Part shown: positions 36,331 through 46,166 of the stretch, piece by piece
Numbering within the stretch: the stretch's first letter is position 1
How the letters are laid out: every line of letters starts with the position of its first letter
Source: Chitinophagaceae bacterium
GTDB lineage: Bacteria; Bacteroidota; Bacteroidia; Chitinophagales; Chitinophagaceae
Direction of reading: 5' to 3'
Length of the DNA: 64,000 nt
Assembly: GCA_031970875.1 (NCBI GenBank)
Contig: DALYHN010000001.1
Span: 17,929-81,928, forward strand
Translations under genes and position numbers: made by a program
The notes under the pieces: model-generated
Told to the model about the DNA's origin: nothing
The model's input: only the letters and a program-made list of their open reading frames with translations
Databases searched by the model: none

Positions 36331-37464
36331 ATGTCGCTGCAAACCATTATCGATTTTTTAGATCCCATTAGTGTTGCCCATATTAGTTTAGACGAAGCCT
36401 ATAAGCCTACGCAGATAGGTCAGCATATTACCGTGTACGAAGAGGAGTTTCCAGATTTACAGGATGCAGACTTGATCCTGATTGGCTGTACAGAAATGCG
36501 TGGCGGTGCATCAGAAGTATCGCAATCGAATAGTCCGGATAAAGTACGCCGCGAATTCTACCAACTCTTTCATTGGCACAAGGATGTGAAAGTGGCGGAT
36601 ATTGGTAATATTAAAATCGGTGCCACTTTATTAGATACATATGCTGCACTGCGTGAAGTATTGACGGAATTAATCTTGCTCAACAAAAAAGTATTGATCC
36701 TCGGTGGTTCACATGATGTAACGATGGCGCAGTATGGGGCCTATGCATCATTGAAGCGCATCATTGAAGCTAGCTGTGTGGATGCGCGCATGGATATGGA
36801 TACAGATAGCTTGCTGCCTGCGGATAATTTCCTGATGGAGTTGTTTACTTCAGAACCCAATTTCCTGCGTCATTATAACCATATCGGTTTCCAGAGTTAT
36901 TATGTGCATCCCGGTATGCTGGAAACCATTGATAAACTGCGTTTCGATTGCTATCGCGTAGGTAAGGTGAAGGAAGATATTCAGGAAATGGAGCCATGCA
37001 TCCGTAATAGCCATATGCTCACTTTCGACATTGCTGCTATCCAGCATGCACATGCACCAGCAAATAGGTTAACGCCAAACGGTTTCAACGGTGAAGAAGC
37101 TTGTACATTGATGCAATTTGCAGGTATGAGTAATCATATCAGCACTATTGGTTTGTATGGCTATATAGCAGAGTGGGATGAACATGAACTTACGGCCAAG
37201 CAATTGGCGCACATGATCTGGTACCTGATGGATGGCATCTTCCGCCTCAAGCATGAAGCAGACATGGAAGACAAGAATAATTTCAATGAATTCACCATGG
37301 CTTTTGCTGAAGTGGAAACCACTTTTATTCAAAGCAAGAAAACTGGCCGTTGGTGGATGCGCATGCCTGATGGTTCTTATATCGCCAGTAACCAGCGCGA
37401 TTATATGGTTGCCGCCGGTAATGATATTCCGGAAAGATGGCTGCGTGCCATGGAGCGTATGTAA
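36331..37464 (+). CDS. arginase-family protein (formimidoylglutamase-like)
   Basis: 377 aa. It has ureohydrolase-like segments: LILIGCTE, ILGGSHDVT and FDIAAIQHAHAP. Confidence 0.6.
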   Translation: MSLQTIIDFLDPISVAHISLDEAYKPTQIGQHITVYEEEFPDLQDADLILIGCTEMRGGASEVSQSNSPDKVRREFYQLFHWHKDVKVADIGNIKIGATLLDTYAALREVLTELILLNKKVLILGGSHDVTMAQYGAYASLKRIIEASCVDARMDMDTDSLLPADNFLMELFTSEPNFLRHYNHIGFQSYYVHPGMLETIDKLRFDCYRVGKVKEDIQEMEPCIRNSHMLTFDIAAIQHAHAPANRLTPNGFNGEEACTLMQFAGMSNHISTIGLYGYIAEWDEHELTAKQLAHMIWYLMDGIFRLKHEADMEDKNNFNEFTMAFAEVETTFIQSKKTGRWWMRMPDGSYIASNQRDYMVAAGNDIPERWLRAMERM

Positions 37465-37487
37465 ACAGGTTTCTGTACCTTTTCACT

Positions 37488-38798
37488 ATGTTATTCAAGC
37501 ATCTGTATCGCATTTCTTTGCTCAGTGCAATGGCACTGTTGTTTGCATGTAATGTTGCTAAAAAGCTTCAGCAAACAGCCGAAACAAGCATTTTACATAA
37601 GCCTGAATTGGCTAATGCACATATTGGTATCAGTTTGTACAACCCAGCTAAGGGAACTTATCTATACAATTATCAAGGCAACAAATATTTTGTTCCTGCA
37701 AGCAATACTAAAATCGTTACCTGTTATGCTGCGATGAAGCATTTGGGTGATAGCATCGTTGGCTTGCAATACATTCCAACAGAAACGGGTATTACTGCAA
37801 AGTTCACGGGAGATCCAACCTTATTGCATCCTGATTTCAAGAAACATCCGGTTGCTGATTTCATCAAGCAACATACAGATGAGCTAATCATCACTTTGCC
37901 TGAATGGAAGACTGAAAAATACGGTAGCGGCTGGGCATGGAATGATTATGATGCAGCCTATATGCCTGAGCGTTCTGCTGCCCCAGTCTATGGCAATGTG
38001 GTGCGTTTTACCAAACGCGGTAACAACCTAATCACGACGCCTAAACTATTCAAAGACTCTGTCAGCATCTTTGCTGATCTGCGCAGTGATAATATTCGCA
38101 TCAATCGCCCACAAGCATCCAATAGTTTTCAAGTAGAAAAGGGTGGTGGTCGTTTTACGAGCACAGAAATGCCCTTTGTAACCAATGATGCTTTGTCTGT
38201 AGCATTGCTGGAAGACAGTTTGGGTAAAACCATTCAGTTCTTGGATTCGGAAAGTATTGCAGACACTGTTTGGAAGAAAGTCTACTCACAACATACAGAT
38301 TCCCTACTCAAGCCCATGATGCATAGAAGCGATAATTTCTATGCAGAGCAAACCTTATTGATGATTAGTCAGCAAATGCTGGGTTATATGAGCGATAATA
38401 AGGTGATGGATACTTTATTGAAAACAGACTTCGCTAGCTTACCACAAGCACCCCGCTGGGCAGATGGTAGCGGACTCAGTAGATACAATCTTTTTACCCC
38501 GCAAGACTTTGTACAGGTCCTCGCCAAGATGAAACAAGAGTTTAGCTGGAACCGTATCAGTACCATTTTCCCAACAGGTGGCAGTGGCACTTTGAGTGGT
38601 TATTATAAAGAACTAAATGGAAAGCTGTTTGCAAAAACAGGCACATTAAGCGGACAAGTAGCATTGAGTGGTTTTCTCGAAACAGCGAAAGGAACGCCAC
38701 TGATTTTCTCTGTGCTAGTGAATAACCACCAGACATCTGCTACAACAGTAAGGCGTGCTGTAGAGCAGTTCCTGTTACAGGTGTATCAAACACAGTAA
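37488..38798 (+). CDS. dacB: D-alanyl-D-alanine carboxypeptidase/endopeptidase (PBP4, peptidase S13)
   Basis: The track ORF 37437 overlaps the previous gene. ATG 37488 gives the lipoprotein-like signal MLFKHLYRISLLSAMALLFAC. Motifs are SxxK (PASNTK), SxN (RSDNFYAE) and KTG (FAKTGTLSG). Confidence 0.85.
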   Translation: MLFKHLYRISLLSAMALLFACNVAKKLQQTAETSILHKPELANAHIGISLYNPAKGTYLYNYQGNKYFVPASNTKIVTCYAAMKHLGDSIVGLQYIPTETGITAKFTGDPTLLHPDFKKHPVADFIKQHTDELIITLPEWKTEKYGSGWAWNDYDAAYMPERSAAPVYGNVVRFTKRGNNLITTPKLFKDSVSIFADLRSDNIRINRPQASNSFQVEKGGGRFTSTEMPFVTNDALSVALLEDSLGKTIQFLDSESIADTVWKKVYSQHTDSLLKPMMHRSDNFYAEQTLLMISQQMLGYMSDNKVMDTLLKTDFASLPQAPRWADGSGLSRYNLFTPQDFVQVLAKMKQEFSWNRISTIFPTGGSGTLSGYYKELNGKLFAKTGTLSGQVALSGFLETAKGTPLIFSVLVNNHQTSATTVRRAVEQFLLQVYQTQ

Positions 38799-40637
38799 TT
38801 ACTTGCGGAACATATTGTCCAGATAATCTTCTTTATACTCGAGATAAGTAGGGCTGCCGCTAGGCGTGATATTTGGTGTTTGGCATTGCAATAAATCTTC
38901 CACCAATTGCAGCATCTCTTGCTGGCTAAGGCTTTGTCCGGCTTTAATTGCTTGCTGACGTGCCATACAGCGGATCAGTTGCTCGCGCTTGCTGAACTTT
39001 ACATCACTGCTGAAATGCTTGTATTGCTCTAGTAAAAGTTCGATAGAATGTTTTTCATTACCTGCGAGAATATCAGCTGGTGTTCCATGGATGATAAAAC
39101 TATCCTTACCAAAATATTCAAGCTGATAGCCAAGACTATTCACTTCAGGTAATAAGTCTTCTAATAAAACTGCATCAGGTGTGCTCAAATCCAATGTAAC
39201 AGGAAACAAGGTTTTCTGCGTAGGCATGAGTTGCTGATGTGCAGCGCCATAGCGTTCGTATAAAACACGTTCATGTGCCAATTGCTGGTGTACCAGCAGA
39301 AAGCCATTCATCGCAGAAGCAATGATATAAGTGTTGTGCAATTGCAATAAGGGCGCATCTTGTTTCAGCGCGATGGATTGCTTCTTGGGTTTACCATATA
39401 ATAAATCTTCCGTTGAACTCTGTTGCCACTGCTCTTCCGGTTGCTTGAATTGGTCCAGCATGGAACTCCAATGGCCCAAACCCTTGTTGCTGCTGGGTGC
39501 AATTTTATGGGCCTGATTTTTCTGTGTAAAAGTTTGATACAGATCAGAACTGGATGCCTGTGTCTGTTGTGTTTCAGTAAATGGTTTACTCACTGCATCC
39601 AATTGCTGAATGTCTGCATTGAGCGAAAAGTCTAGCGATGGTGCAACAGAGAACTGCGCCAATGCATGTTTCACAGCTGCTTGTACAAATGCATAAACAA
39701 TCTTTTCATCCTCAAACTTGATTTCCTGCTTGGTAGGATGCACATTGATATCTAACTGCGTAGGATCCAGTTCAATAAACAATACATATGTTGGGAAACA
39801 GTCTTTGGCAATCAATCCTTCAAAAGCACTATTCACTGCATGGTTGAGGTAAGCGCTTCTGATGAAACGGTTATTCACGAAGAAATACTGTTCACCCCTG
39901 GTTTTGCGTGCTGTATCGGGCTTGCCCACAAAACCCTGAATATTCATATAATCTGTTTGCTCGGCAACATGTACCAGTTTGGTATTGTACTGGTTGCCGA
40001 GTAATTGCAGAATACGTTGTTTTAAACTACCGCTTTCTAGATAGTAAACTTGTTGCCCGTTTGCAGTAAGCGAAAAAATGATTTTGGGAAAAGCCATGGC
40101 TACGCGGATAAACTCATCCACGATATGGCGCATTTCAGCAGCATTGCTTTTCAGAAAATTTCTTCTGGCAGGCACATTGAAGAACAAGTTCTTCATGCTG
40201 ATGCTAGTACCTGTTGGCGCTGCACAAGGCTCTTGTTTGGTCACCTTGCTGTTTTCAATCTCCAGATAAGTGCCTAGATGCTCATGCTCCTGTCTGGTTT
40301 TCATCTCCACCTGTGCTACCGCAGCTATAGAAGCCAATGCTTCACCACGAAAACCCATGGTGCGGATATGGAACAAATCTTCAATCGCCCTGATCTTGCT
40401 GGTTGCATGGCGTTCAAATGCCATCCGCGCATCGGTCATGCTCATACCCTTGCCATTATCTATCACCTGTACCAATGCCTTGCCCGCATCTGTAACAATG
40501 AGTTTGATTTCGGTAGCACCGGCGTCAATAGCATTCTCGAGTAATTCCTTCACTGCGCTGGCAGGTCTTTGAATCACTTCGCCAGCGGCTATCTGGTTGG
40601 CTAAATTATCAGGGAGTAATTGAATAATATCCGGCAC
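38799..40637 (-). CDS. mutL: DNA mismatch repair protein MutL
   Basis: 612 aa with N-terminal IQLLPDNLANQIAAGEVIQRPASAVKELLENAIDAGA, GFRGEALASI and a C-terminal dimerisation region. Confidence 0.95.
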   Translation of the reverse strand: MPDIIQLLPDNLANQIAAGEVIQRPASAVKELLENAIDAGATEIKLIVTDAGKALVQVIDNGKGMSMTDARMAFERHATSKIRAIEDLFHIRTMGFRGEALASIAAVAQVEMKTRQEHEHLGTYLEIENSKVTKQEPCAAPTGTSISMKNLFFNVPARRNFLKSNAAEMRHIVDEFIRVAMAFPKIIFSLTANGQQVYYLESGSLKQRILQLLGNQYNTKLVHVAEQTDYMNIQGFVGKPDTARKTRGEQYFFVNNRFIRSAYLNHAVNSAFEGLIAKDCFPTYVLFIELDPTQLDINVHPTKQEIKFEDEKIVYAFVQAAVKHALAQFSVAPSLDFSLNADIQQLDAVSKPFTETQQTQASSSDLYQTFTQKNQAHKIAPSSNKGLGHWSSMLDQFKQPEEQWQQSSTEDLLYGKPKKQSIALKQDAPLLQLHNTYIIASAMNGFLLVHQQLAHERVLYERYGAAHQQLMPTQKTLFPVTLDLSTPDAVLLEDLLPEVNSLGYQLEYFGKDSFIIHGTPADILAGNEKHSIELLLEQYKHFSSDVKFSKREQLIRCMARQQAIKAGQSLSQQEMLQLVEDLLQCQTPNITPSGSPTYLEYKEDYLDNMFRK

Positions 40638-40734
40638 GCTTGTTTTGCTTAAAGGGCGTAAAAATAGGCAGTTCCTTGTACAACTAAACCAACAGACTGC
40701 TTATTCCGTACCTTTAGGCAAACAATATCATCCA

Positions 40735-41307
40735 ATGAAGCGATTCTTATGGTTTTTACCGCTGCTGCTCTTGGCTGCATGTACCAAAGAGGACTTATTC
40801 AAAAACGACTTGAAGGGTGTATGGGTGAGTTATACCATCCAGAAAGGGGCACAAAGCTCAGATCAGGCCAAAACACAGCCAGTTACTTTGGATTCACTGC
40901 GCTTTATCGTGCAGTTTGATAATTCAGCCAGATACACAACGGTTAGTCCGTCTAACCAGTCCGATATCAACAAGCTGTATGGCTTTTCAGACAATAATAA
41001 GCAGCACCATGAGTTTAGTGCGCGTATTGGCTGGCGCTGGTTCAATAATCAACTGGAATTATTGGGCTATAACTACAATAATTCTGTGAATGATTGGCGT
41101 TTTATTACCGCTGTTCCATTGAATACGGAAATCCCTTGCTCTATCAAGGTTTCCGGCAATCAGTATATTATCAATGTAAATGGGGTAACGGTTAGCATGC
41201 CCAGAGCGGCAACCACAGCAAAAGCAGAAGGGTATAAGCTCTTTCCCTTCTTTGGCGGAACAGAAAATGCCCCCCAGCTGATCACCATCAAGATTAAAGA
41301 ACTGTAA
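40735..41307 (+). CDS. hypothetical lipoprotein
   Basis: The internal ATG 40735 gives MKRFLWFLPLLLLAAC. No family was recognised. Confidence 0.5.
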   Translation: MKRFLWFLPLLLLAACTKEDLFKNDLKGVWVSYTIQKGAQSSDQAKTQPVTLDSLRFIVQFDNSARYTTVSPSNQSDINKLYGFSDNNKQHHEFSARIGWRWFNNQLELLGYNYNNSVNDWRFITAVPLNTEIPCSIKVSGNQYIINVNGVTVSMPRAATTAKAEGYKLFPFFGGTENAPQLITIKIKEL

Positions 41308-41316
41308 ATATTGACC

Positions 41317-41340
41317 AGCCCTTCTTCGGAAGGGCTTTTT
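41317..41340 (+). terminator. intrinsic terminator
   Basis: The hairpin AGCCCTTC-TTCG-GAAGGGCT is followed by TTTT. Confidence 0.7.
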
Positions 41341-41391
41341 CTTGCCCAGTCCTCGCCAACAGCGCGTATTTTTGCGCTTCAAATTCGTACT

Positions 41392-43110
41392 ATGGAACTG
41401 AGTGCTGCAATTGAAAAACTGCCCCGCCATTTTTTGCCGAAAGATTTTACTGTTACTACATGGGAAGCTTTGGAGCCCTGGTTTAAAAACCTATTGGAGC
41501 GTCCTATCAGTAGTGTAGATGAATTGGAGCAATGGCTGCGCGATATGAGTGAGCTGGAAGCTGTGGTGAGTGAAGATGCCTGCTGGCGTCAGATTCGCAT
41601 GACTTGCGATACAACAGATAAAGCTCTGGAAGAAGCTTTTAATTTCTTCTTCATGGAAATTCAACCAAAGCTGCAGCCTTATGCAGATGCATTAAATAAA
41701 AAGCTCATCGCTTCACCATATACGACTGAATTACCGCAGGAAAAATATTTCACTTATCTGCGTAACGTGAAAAAGAATATTGAACTCTATCGTGAAGCCA
41801 ATATTCCCTTGCAGGCAGAGTTGAGTGTCATGCAACAGCAATATGGTGCGATTGCTGGTAAGATGACGATTGAGGTAAACGGACAAGAATACACTTTGCA
41901 ACAAGCAGGTAAGTTCTTAGAAAGTCATGATCGTAACCTACGCGAAACAGTGTATCGCAAAATTCAGGAACGCAGATTGCAGGATAAAGATGCGATGCAT
42001 CAACTCTATTCTCAGCTCATTGAGAAAAGACATCAGGTAGCTGTGAATGCAGGCTTTGCAAACTATCGAGATTACAAGTTTGCAGAAATGGGTCGCTTCG
42101 ATTATACCAAGGAAGATTGTTTCCAGTTTCACGAAGCAGTGAAACTGCATGTGCTTCCGCTGATTGAGAAAATTTATCAAAAGAAAAAAGCCAAGCTGGG
42201 CTTGGATACACTGCGCCCATGGGATACAGAAGCAGAACCTGAAGGCATTCAGCCACTCAAACCATTTACAGATGGTAAAGACTTGCTGAATAAATCCATC
42301 ACCTGCTTTGAATCACTGCATCCATTCTTCGCCAATTGTTTGCGTAAGATGGATGAGCTCAAACATTTTGATCTGGAAAGCCGCAAAGGCAAAGCACCAG
42401 GCGGGTATAACTGTCCGCTCGCAGAGAGCGGTGCACCATTCATCTTCATGAATGCAGCCGGACAAATGAGCGATGTTACCACCATGGTACACGAAGGTGG
42501 TCATGCCATTCATTCTTTCTTATCGCATAACTTGGAATTAAGTGCATTCAAAGAATATCCAACTGAGATTGCAGAAGTTGCCAGTATGGCTATGGAATTG
42601 TTTAGCATGAATCATTGGCAAGCTTTCTTCAACAATGAAGCAGATTTGCAACGTGCCAAAGAACATCAGTTAGAGCGCACCATCACCATCTTCCCATGGA
42701 TTGCTATCATCGATAAATTCCAGCATTGGGCATATGAACATCCTACACATACTGTTGAAGAAAGAACAGCAGCTTGGATGGGCATACTGAATGAGTTTTC
42801 TACCAATAACATTGATTATACCGGCTTAGAAGCTTTCCGCGAAATAGGCTGGCAGCGTCAGTTGCATTTGTTTGAAGTGCCCTTCTATTATATCGAGTAC
42901 GGTATTGCACAATTGGGTGCGATTGGTTTGTGGATGCAGTATCAACAAAACCCTGATCAAGCCATTCACAACTATGTACAGGCTTTGTCCTTAGGCGGCA
43001 CTAAAACATTGCCTGAACTGTATACAGCTGCAGGTGTGGAATTCAATCTCTCGCCTGATTATATCAAAACATTGATGGAGTTTACCGCAGCAGAAATGGA
43101 GAAGTTATAA
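41392..43110 (+). CDS. pepF: M3-family oligoendopeptidase F-like metallopeptidase
   Basis: ATG 41392 was chosen because the track start 41311 lies inside the terminator. It has the zinc motif HEGGHAIH and a downstream E (EIAEVASM). The length, ~570 aa, is typical of M3B. Confidence 0.8.
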   Translation: MELSAAIEKLPRHFLPKDFTVTTWEALEPWFKNLLERPISSVDELEQWLRDMSELEAVVSEDACWRQIRMTCDTTDKALEEAFNFFFMEIQPKLQPYADALNKKLIASPYTTELPQEKYFTYLRNVKKNIELYREANIPLQAELSVMQQQYGAIAGKMTIEVNGQEYTLQQAGKFLESHDRNLRETVYRKIQERRLQDKDAMHQLYSQLIEKRHQVAVNAGFANYRDYKFAEMGRFDYTKEDCFQFHEAVKLHVLPLIEKIYQKKKAKLGLDTLRPWDTEAEPEGIQPLKPFTDGKDLLNKSITCFESLHPFFANCLRKMDELKHFDLESRKGKAPGGYNCPLAESGAPFIFMNAAGQMSDVTTMVHEGGHAIHSFLSHNLELSAFKEYPTEIAEVASMAMELFSMNHWQAFFNNEADLQRAKEHQLERTITIFPWIAIIDKFQHWAYEHPTHTVEERTAAWMGILNEFSTNNIDYTGLEAFREIGWQRQLHLFEVPFYYIEYGIAQLGAIGLWMQYQQNPDQAIHNYVQALSLGGTKTLPELYTAAGVEFNLSPDYIKTLMEFTAAEMEKL

Positions 43111-43116
43111 AATCAA

Positions 43117-43140
43117 AATCCCCGCTGAATAGCGGGGATT
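43117..43140. terminator. bidirectional intrinsic terminator between convergent genes
   Basis: The hairpin AATCCCCGCT-GAAT-AGCGGGGATT is flanked by an A-run on the left and a T-rich tract on the right. Confidence 0.75.
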
Positions 43141-43143
43141 GTT

Positions 43144-44496
43144 TTATGCTTTCGGTTCATTCGGTCTCTGTGGGCCACGATTACCATCGGGTCTGTTCCC
43201 TTGTTGTGGTGGTCTTTGCTGTGGCGGTCTGTTGGGTCCGCCTTGTTGTGGCTTATTGCCTGGTTGTTGCGGACGTTGAGGTTGATTCGGTCTTTGCTGT
43301 TGTGGTCCGCGCGGTGCTTGTCCGCCACCTTGTTGCGGCGGTCTGTTGTCTGGTCTGCGATCACCACCTCCACGTTGTTCACGGTCACGATCGCGGCGCT
43401 TTTTGCTATTGCGTTCCAAACTGCGCAAGCTGATTTGTCCTACCACATCTACAAAAGCAGGTTCTGCTTCACGTGGTTTGCTGCTCACCACTTCTACGGG
43501 TTGCAGTTCTTCTGGTCTAATGCCTTGCGCATTCAAACGCTTGATTTCTTTCACACGCTGAATGGTGAGTGGGTATTGCTTATTGCTATCAGGCAACACA
43601 TACCACATCAGGTTCTTGAAAATATCTTTCTTGATGAGGTTGGCACGGCCACGAGCTGTTTCAATGTATTCGGCGTTATCTGGGAAATGCTGCAAAGCAT
43701 CCAGATAAGTATCCAGTTCATAGTTCAAACAACATTTCAAACGGCCACATTGTCCGCTCAACTTGGTTTGGTTAATGCTCAGGTTCTGATAACGCGCAGC
43801 CGTTGTGTTTACACTCTTAAAGTCATGTAACCAAGTGCTGCAACATAGTTCACGTCCGCAAGAACCAATACCGCCCACTTTGGCCGCTTCCTGGCGGATA
43901 CCAATCTGGCGCATTTCCACCTTTACTTTAAAGTCGGATGCGTATTGCTTAATCAGTTCACGAAAATCTACACGATCATCAGCGGTATAGAAGAAAGTCG
44001 CTTTCTTACCATCGGCCTGCAATTCCACTTCTGTGAGTTTCATCTGCAGGTTTAAGCTGCGGGCGATTGCGCGACTTCGTGCCAGCATTTCTCTTTCGCG
44101 TCCTTTAGACGTGCGATAGATTTCAATATCTCTTTCAGAAGCTTTGCGCAGGATTTTTTTCATCTCAGGGTTGAACTCATCCACGCCGCGCTTTTTCAAT
44201 TGAAGGCGTACTAGCTCACCGCTTAGATTTACTTCACCTACATCAAAACCACCCGCACCTTCTACGGTAACGAGTTCACCTTTTGCGAAATATTGTAAAG
44301 TTGGGTTACGGTAAAATTCTTTACGGCTTCCTTGGTTAAAGCTAATCTCTACCACTTTGCAGGAACTCTCCGGGTCGCTGAAAGGCAGGTTCATCAGCCA
44401 ATCGTGCACATTCAAGCGGTTACAACCGCCCGTACTGCAACCACCGTTGCTTTTACATCCATTGGGTTTCCCCGTTCCACAAGATCCACAGCCCAT
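43144..44496 (-). CDS. PSP1-domain (RicT/YaaT-like) protein with Cys-rich N-terminus and low-complexity tail
   Basis: 450 aa. The PSP1 core includes GDLVTVEG-like KGELVTVEGAGGFDVGEV and KEQKLSMKL-like segments, plus SGQCGRLKCCLNYE. The N-terminus is MGCGSCGTGKPNGCKSNGGCSTGGC. The last 86 aa are rich in R, G, P and Q. The position after holB matches the Bacillus holB-yaaT arrangement. Confidence 0.85.
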   Translation of the reverse strand: MGCGSCGTGKPNGCKSNGGCSTGGCNRLNVHDWLMNLPFSDPESSCKVVEISFNQGSRKEFYRNPTLQYFAKGELVTVEGAGGFDVGEVNLSGELVRLQLKKRGVDEFNPEMKKILRKASERDIEIYRTSKGREREMLARSRAIARSLNLQMKLTEVELQADGKKATFFYTADDRVDFRELIKQYASDFKVKVEMRQIGIRQEAAKVGGIGSCGRELCCSTWLHDFKSVNTTAARYQNLSINQTKLSGQCGRLKCCLNYELDTYLDALQHFPDNAEYIETARGRANLIKKDIFKNLMWYVLPDSNKQYPLTIQRVKEIKRLNAQGIRPEELQPVEVVSSKPREAEPAFVDVVGQISLRSLERNSKKRRDRDREQRGGGDRRPDNRPPQQGGGQAPRGPQQQRPNQPQRPQQPGNKPQQGGPNRPPQQRPPQQGNRPDGNRGPQRPNEPKA

Positions 44497-44711
44497 ATTA
44501 TCAGGTTACAAAGGTTAAAGTTATAGGGCAGGTGGTGGTACCGGCTGTTGAATAGCCATCATCTGTTGTTGTGTCACTCACTGCACCGTTCGGTACAAAG
44601 CCCGGCAGGCAATCGAGAGATATATGATGTAACGAGGATGATTCGCTTTCTGCCACACAGTTGCCTGTGTTGTTCCAAACGCACCTAGCCATTATGCCGG
44701 CCAAACCGGCG

Positions 44712-45929
44712 TCACTGAGCCAAAATTAAGGTTTTGTGCTGAATGATGTGGTAAAGCCGGATAGTGAGGGCTTGAAACAGCATTTTAGGGTTGGCGTTGC
44801 GTTCTACATAGTAAGCAGCTTTGTCCAAAGCAGTGGCCATGGCCTCCTGCTGACTTACAGAGGCAATTTTATTGATACGCTGGGCAAAATCCTTCTCATG
44901 ATCTGCCATTTGCACCCTTTCTGGTCCCATAATGCGGATGCGGATGCTTTGTTCAATCAGGTGTACAAAGTATTTCAAGAACTGCTTTTGCTTTTCCCGG
45001 CCCAGTTTGCTGATTTCCTCGGTAAACTTGATCTGAGCTACGGGCCCATTGCGTAAAGTGGCATTCAGCCATTCGCGTAGCAGACTTTGCCAGTCTTCCT
45101 CCGCATGTTGCATCAATTGTAGGGCTTCACGATAATTACCATCTGCTATGGCAGCAATCTGACTCGCTCTTGCCGGTTCAACTTGAGCTCGGGCAACCAA
45201 GGCTCCGGCAATGACATCTTGCTCCAATGCAGGTACGCGCACCAATTGGCAGCGGCTCAATATGGTGGGTAATATTTGTTCTTCATCCTCAGCCACCAAA
45301 ATAAATAAGGTATTGGCCGGCGGTTCTTCAATCAGTTTCAGCAGTTTGTTGCCCTCCTTACGCAAGTATTCCGGCATCCACATCACCAGTACTTTGTAAG
45401 CACTTTCAAAACTTTTGAGGTTGAGTTTGCGGATGATATCGTTACATTCTTCAGCAGTGATATTACCCTGTCTGTTCTCTGCACCTATAAACTGTAGCCA
45501 GTCATAGACATTGCCATAGGGGTAGAGTTTGATGAACTCTCTCCACTCACTTAGATAATCTGCACTGGTGGGTTTATCGCCGGGTTTCCTGCTAACAACG
45601 GGATAGGAAAAATGTAAATCAGGGTGAATGAGTTGTGTTGCTCTCAGGTAAGCAGGCAGTTCTGCAATTTGATCAGGTAGTAACAAGGAGTCAGACGTAG
45701 GCTCTTCTGTTTCTATGGCAGAAAAGCCTCCAAACAAATCTGCTGCCATCACTTTTTCTTTTGCAGCAGGCAGGCTTACTACATACTGCGCAAAAGCGAG
45801 CGCCAGCGGCAATGTACCATTACCCTCCTTACCCAAAAAGAGTAAAGCATGGCTCAAGCGGTTGTGCTGCACCATTTCTGTTAGGTGGTGCTTTACTTCC
45901 TCGTGACCTATGACTTCGCTGAACAGCAT
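44712..45929 (-). CDS. holB: DNA polymerase III subunit delta' (clamp-loader AAA+)
   Basis: 405 aa with LSHALLFLGKEGNGTLPLALAFAQYV, LLKLIEEPPANTLFILV and ILPTILSRCQ (SRC motif). Confidence 0.85.
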   Translation of the reverse strand: MLFSEVIGHEEVKHHLTEMVQHNRLSHALLFLGKEGNGTLPLALAFAQYVVSLPAAKEKVMAADLFGGFSAIETEEPTSDSLLLPDQIAELPAYLRATQLIHPDLHFSYPVVSRKPGDKPTSADYLSEWREFIKLYPYGNVYDWLQFIGAENRQGNITAEECNDIIRKLNLKSFESAYKVLVMWMPEYLRKEGNKLLKLIEEPPANTLFILVAEDEEQILPTILSRCQLVRVPALEQDVIAGALVARAQVEPARASQIAAIADGNYREALQLMQHAEEDWQSLLREWLNATLRNGPVAQIKFTEEISKLGREKQKQFLKYFVHLIEQSIRIRIMGPERVQMADHEKDFAQRINKIASVSQQEAMATALDKAAYYVERNANPKMLFQALTIRLYHIIQHKTLILAQ

Positions 45930-46166
45930 AGCGACGAAGTTAAAGGCTGCAATATTTTCTACTGATTTTTTTTAGCACAGTTGTGTGCTGACCTCATTAA
46001 GGTTGGTGATTAAGAAGTGCAAAGCATAGCTGCTATTACAGTTGCGTAATTACCTCTTCTTGCTGGGCATCTTGTCGGCAGGCATATAGGCAAAGCACTA
46101 GATAGATTGCTAAAAGGGTTGAGGCCATCTTAGTTTTTTTCTGAGACTTAAGTTCCAGTAAAAAGT

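Noticed and set aside
43146-43830. Three overlapping plus-strand ORFs (95, 209 and 71 aa)
   Set aside because: They are antisense to the PSP1 gene. They arise from its GC-rich, repetitive P/Q/R/G-coding tail, which lacks stops in several frames. Their translations are low-complexity Leu/Val/Arg strings.
44501-44704. A 67-aa minus-strand ORF filling the holB-PSP1 spacer
   Set aside because: It has no recognisable domain and an odd composition. The region is better explained as structured non-coding RNA or leader, and it is reported as a finding instead.
45974-45989. The hairpin AGCACA-GTTG-TGTGCT adjacent to a T8 run, upstream of holB
   Set aside because: The T-run precedes the stem on the plus strand, so it becomes an A-run after the stem on the minus strand. 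It therefore does not fit an intrinsic terminator in either orientation. It could be an operator, but there is no second copy to support that.
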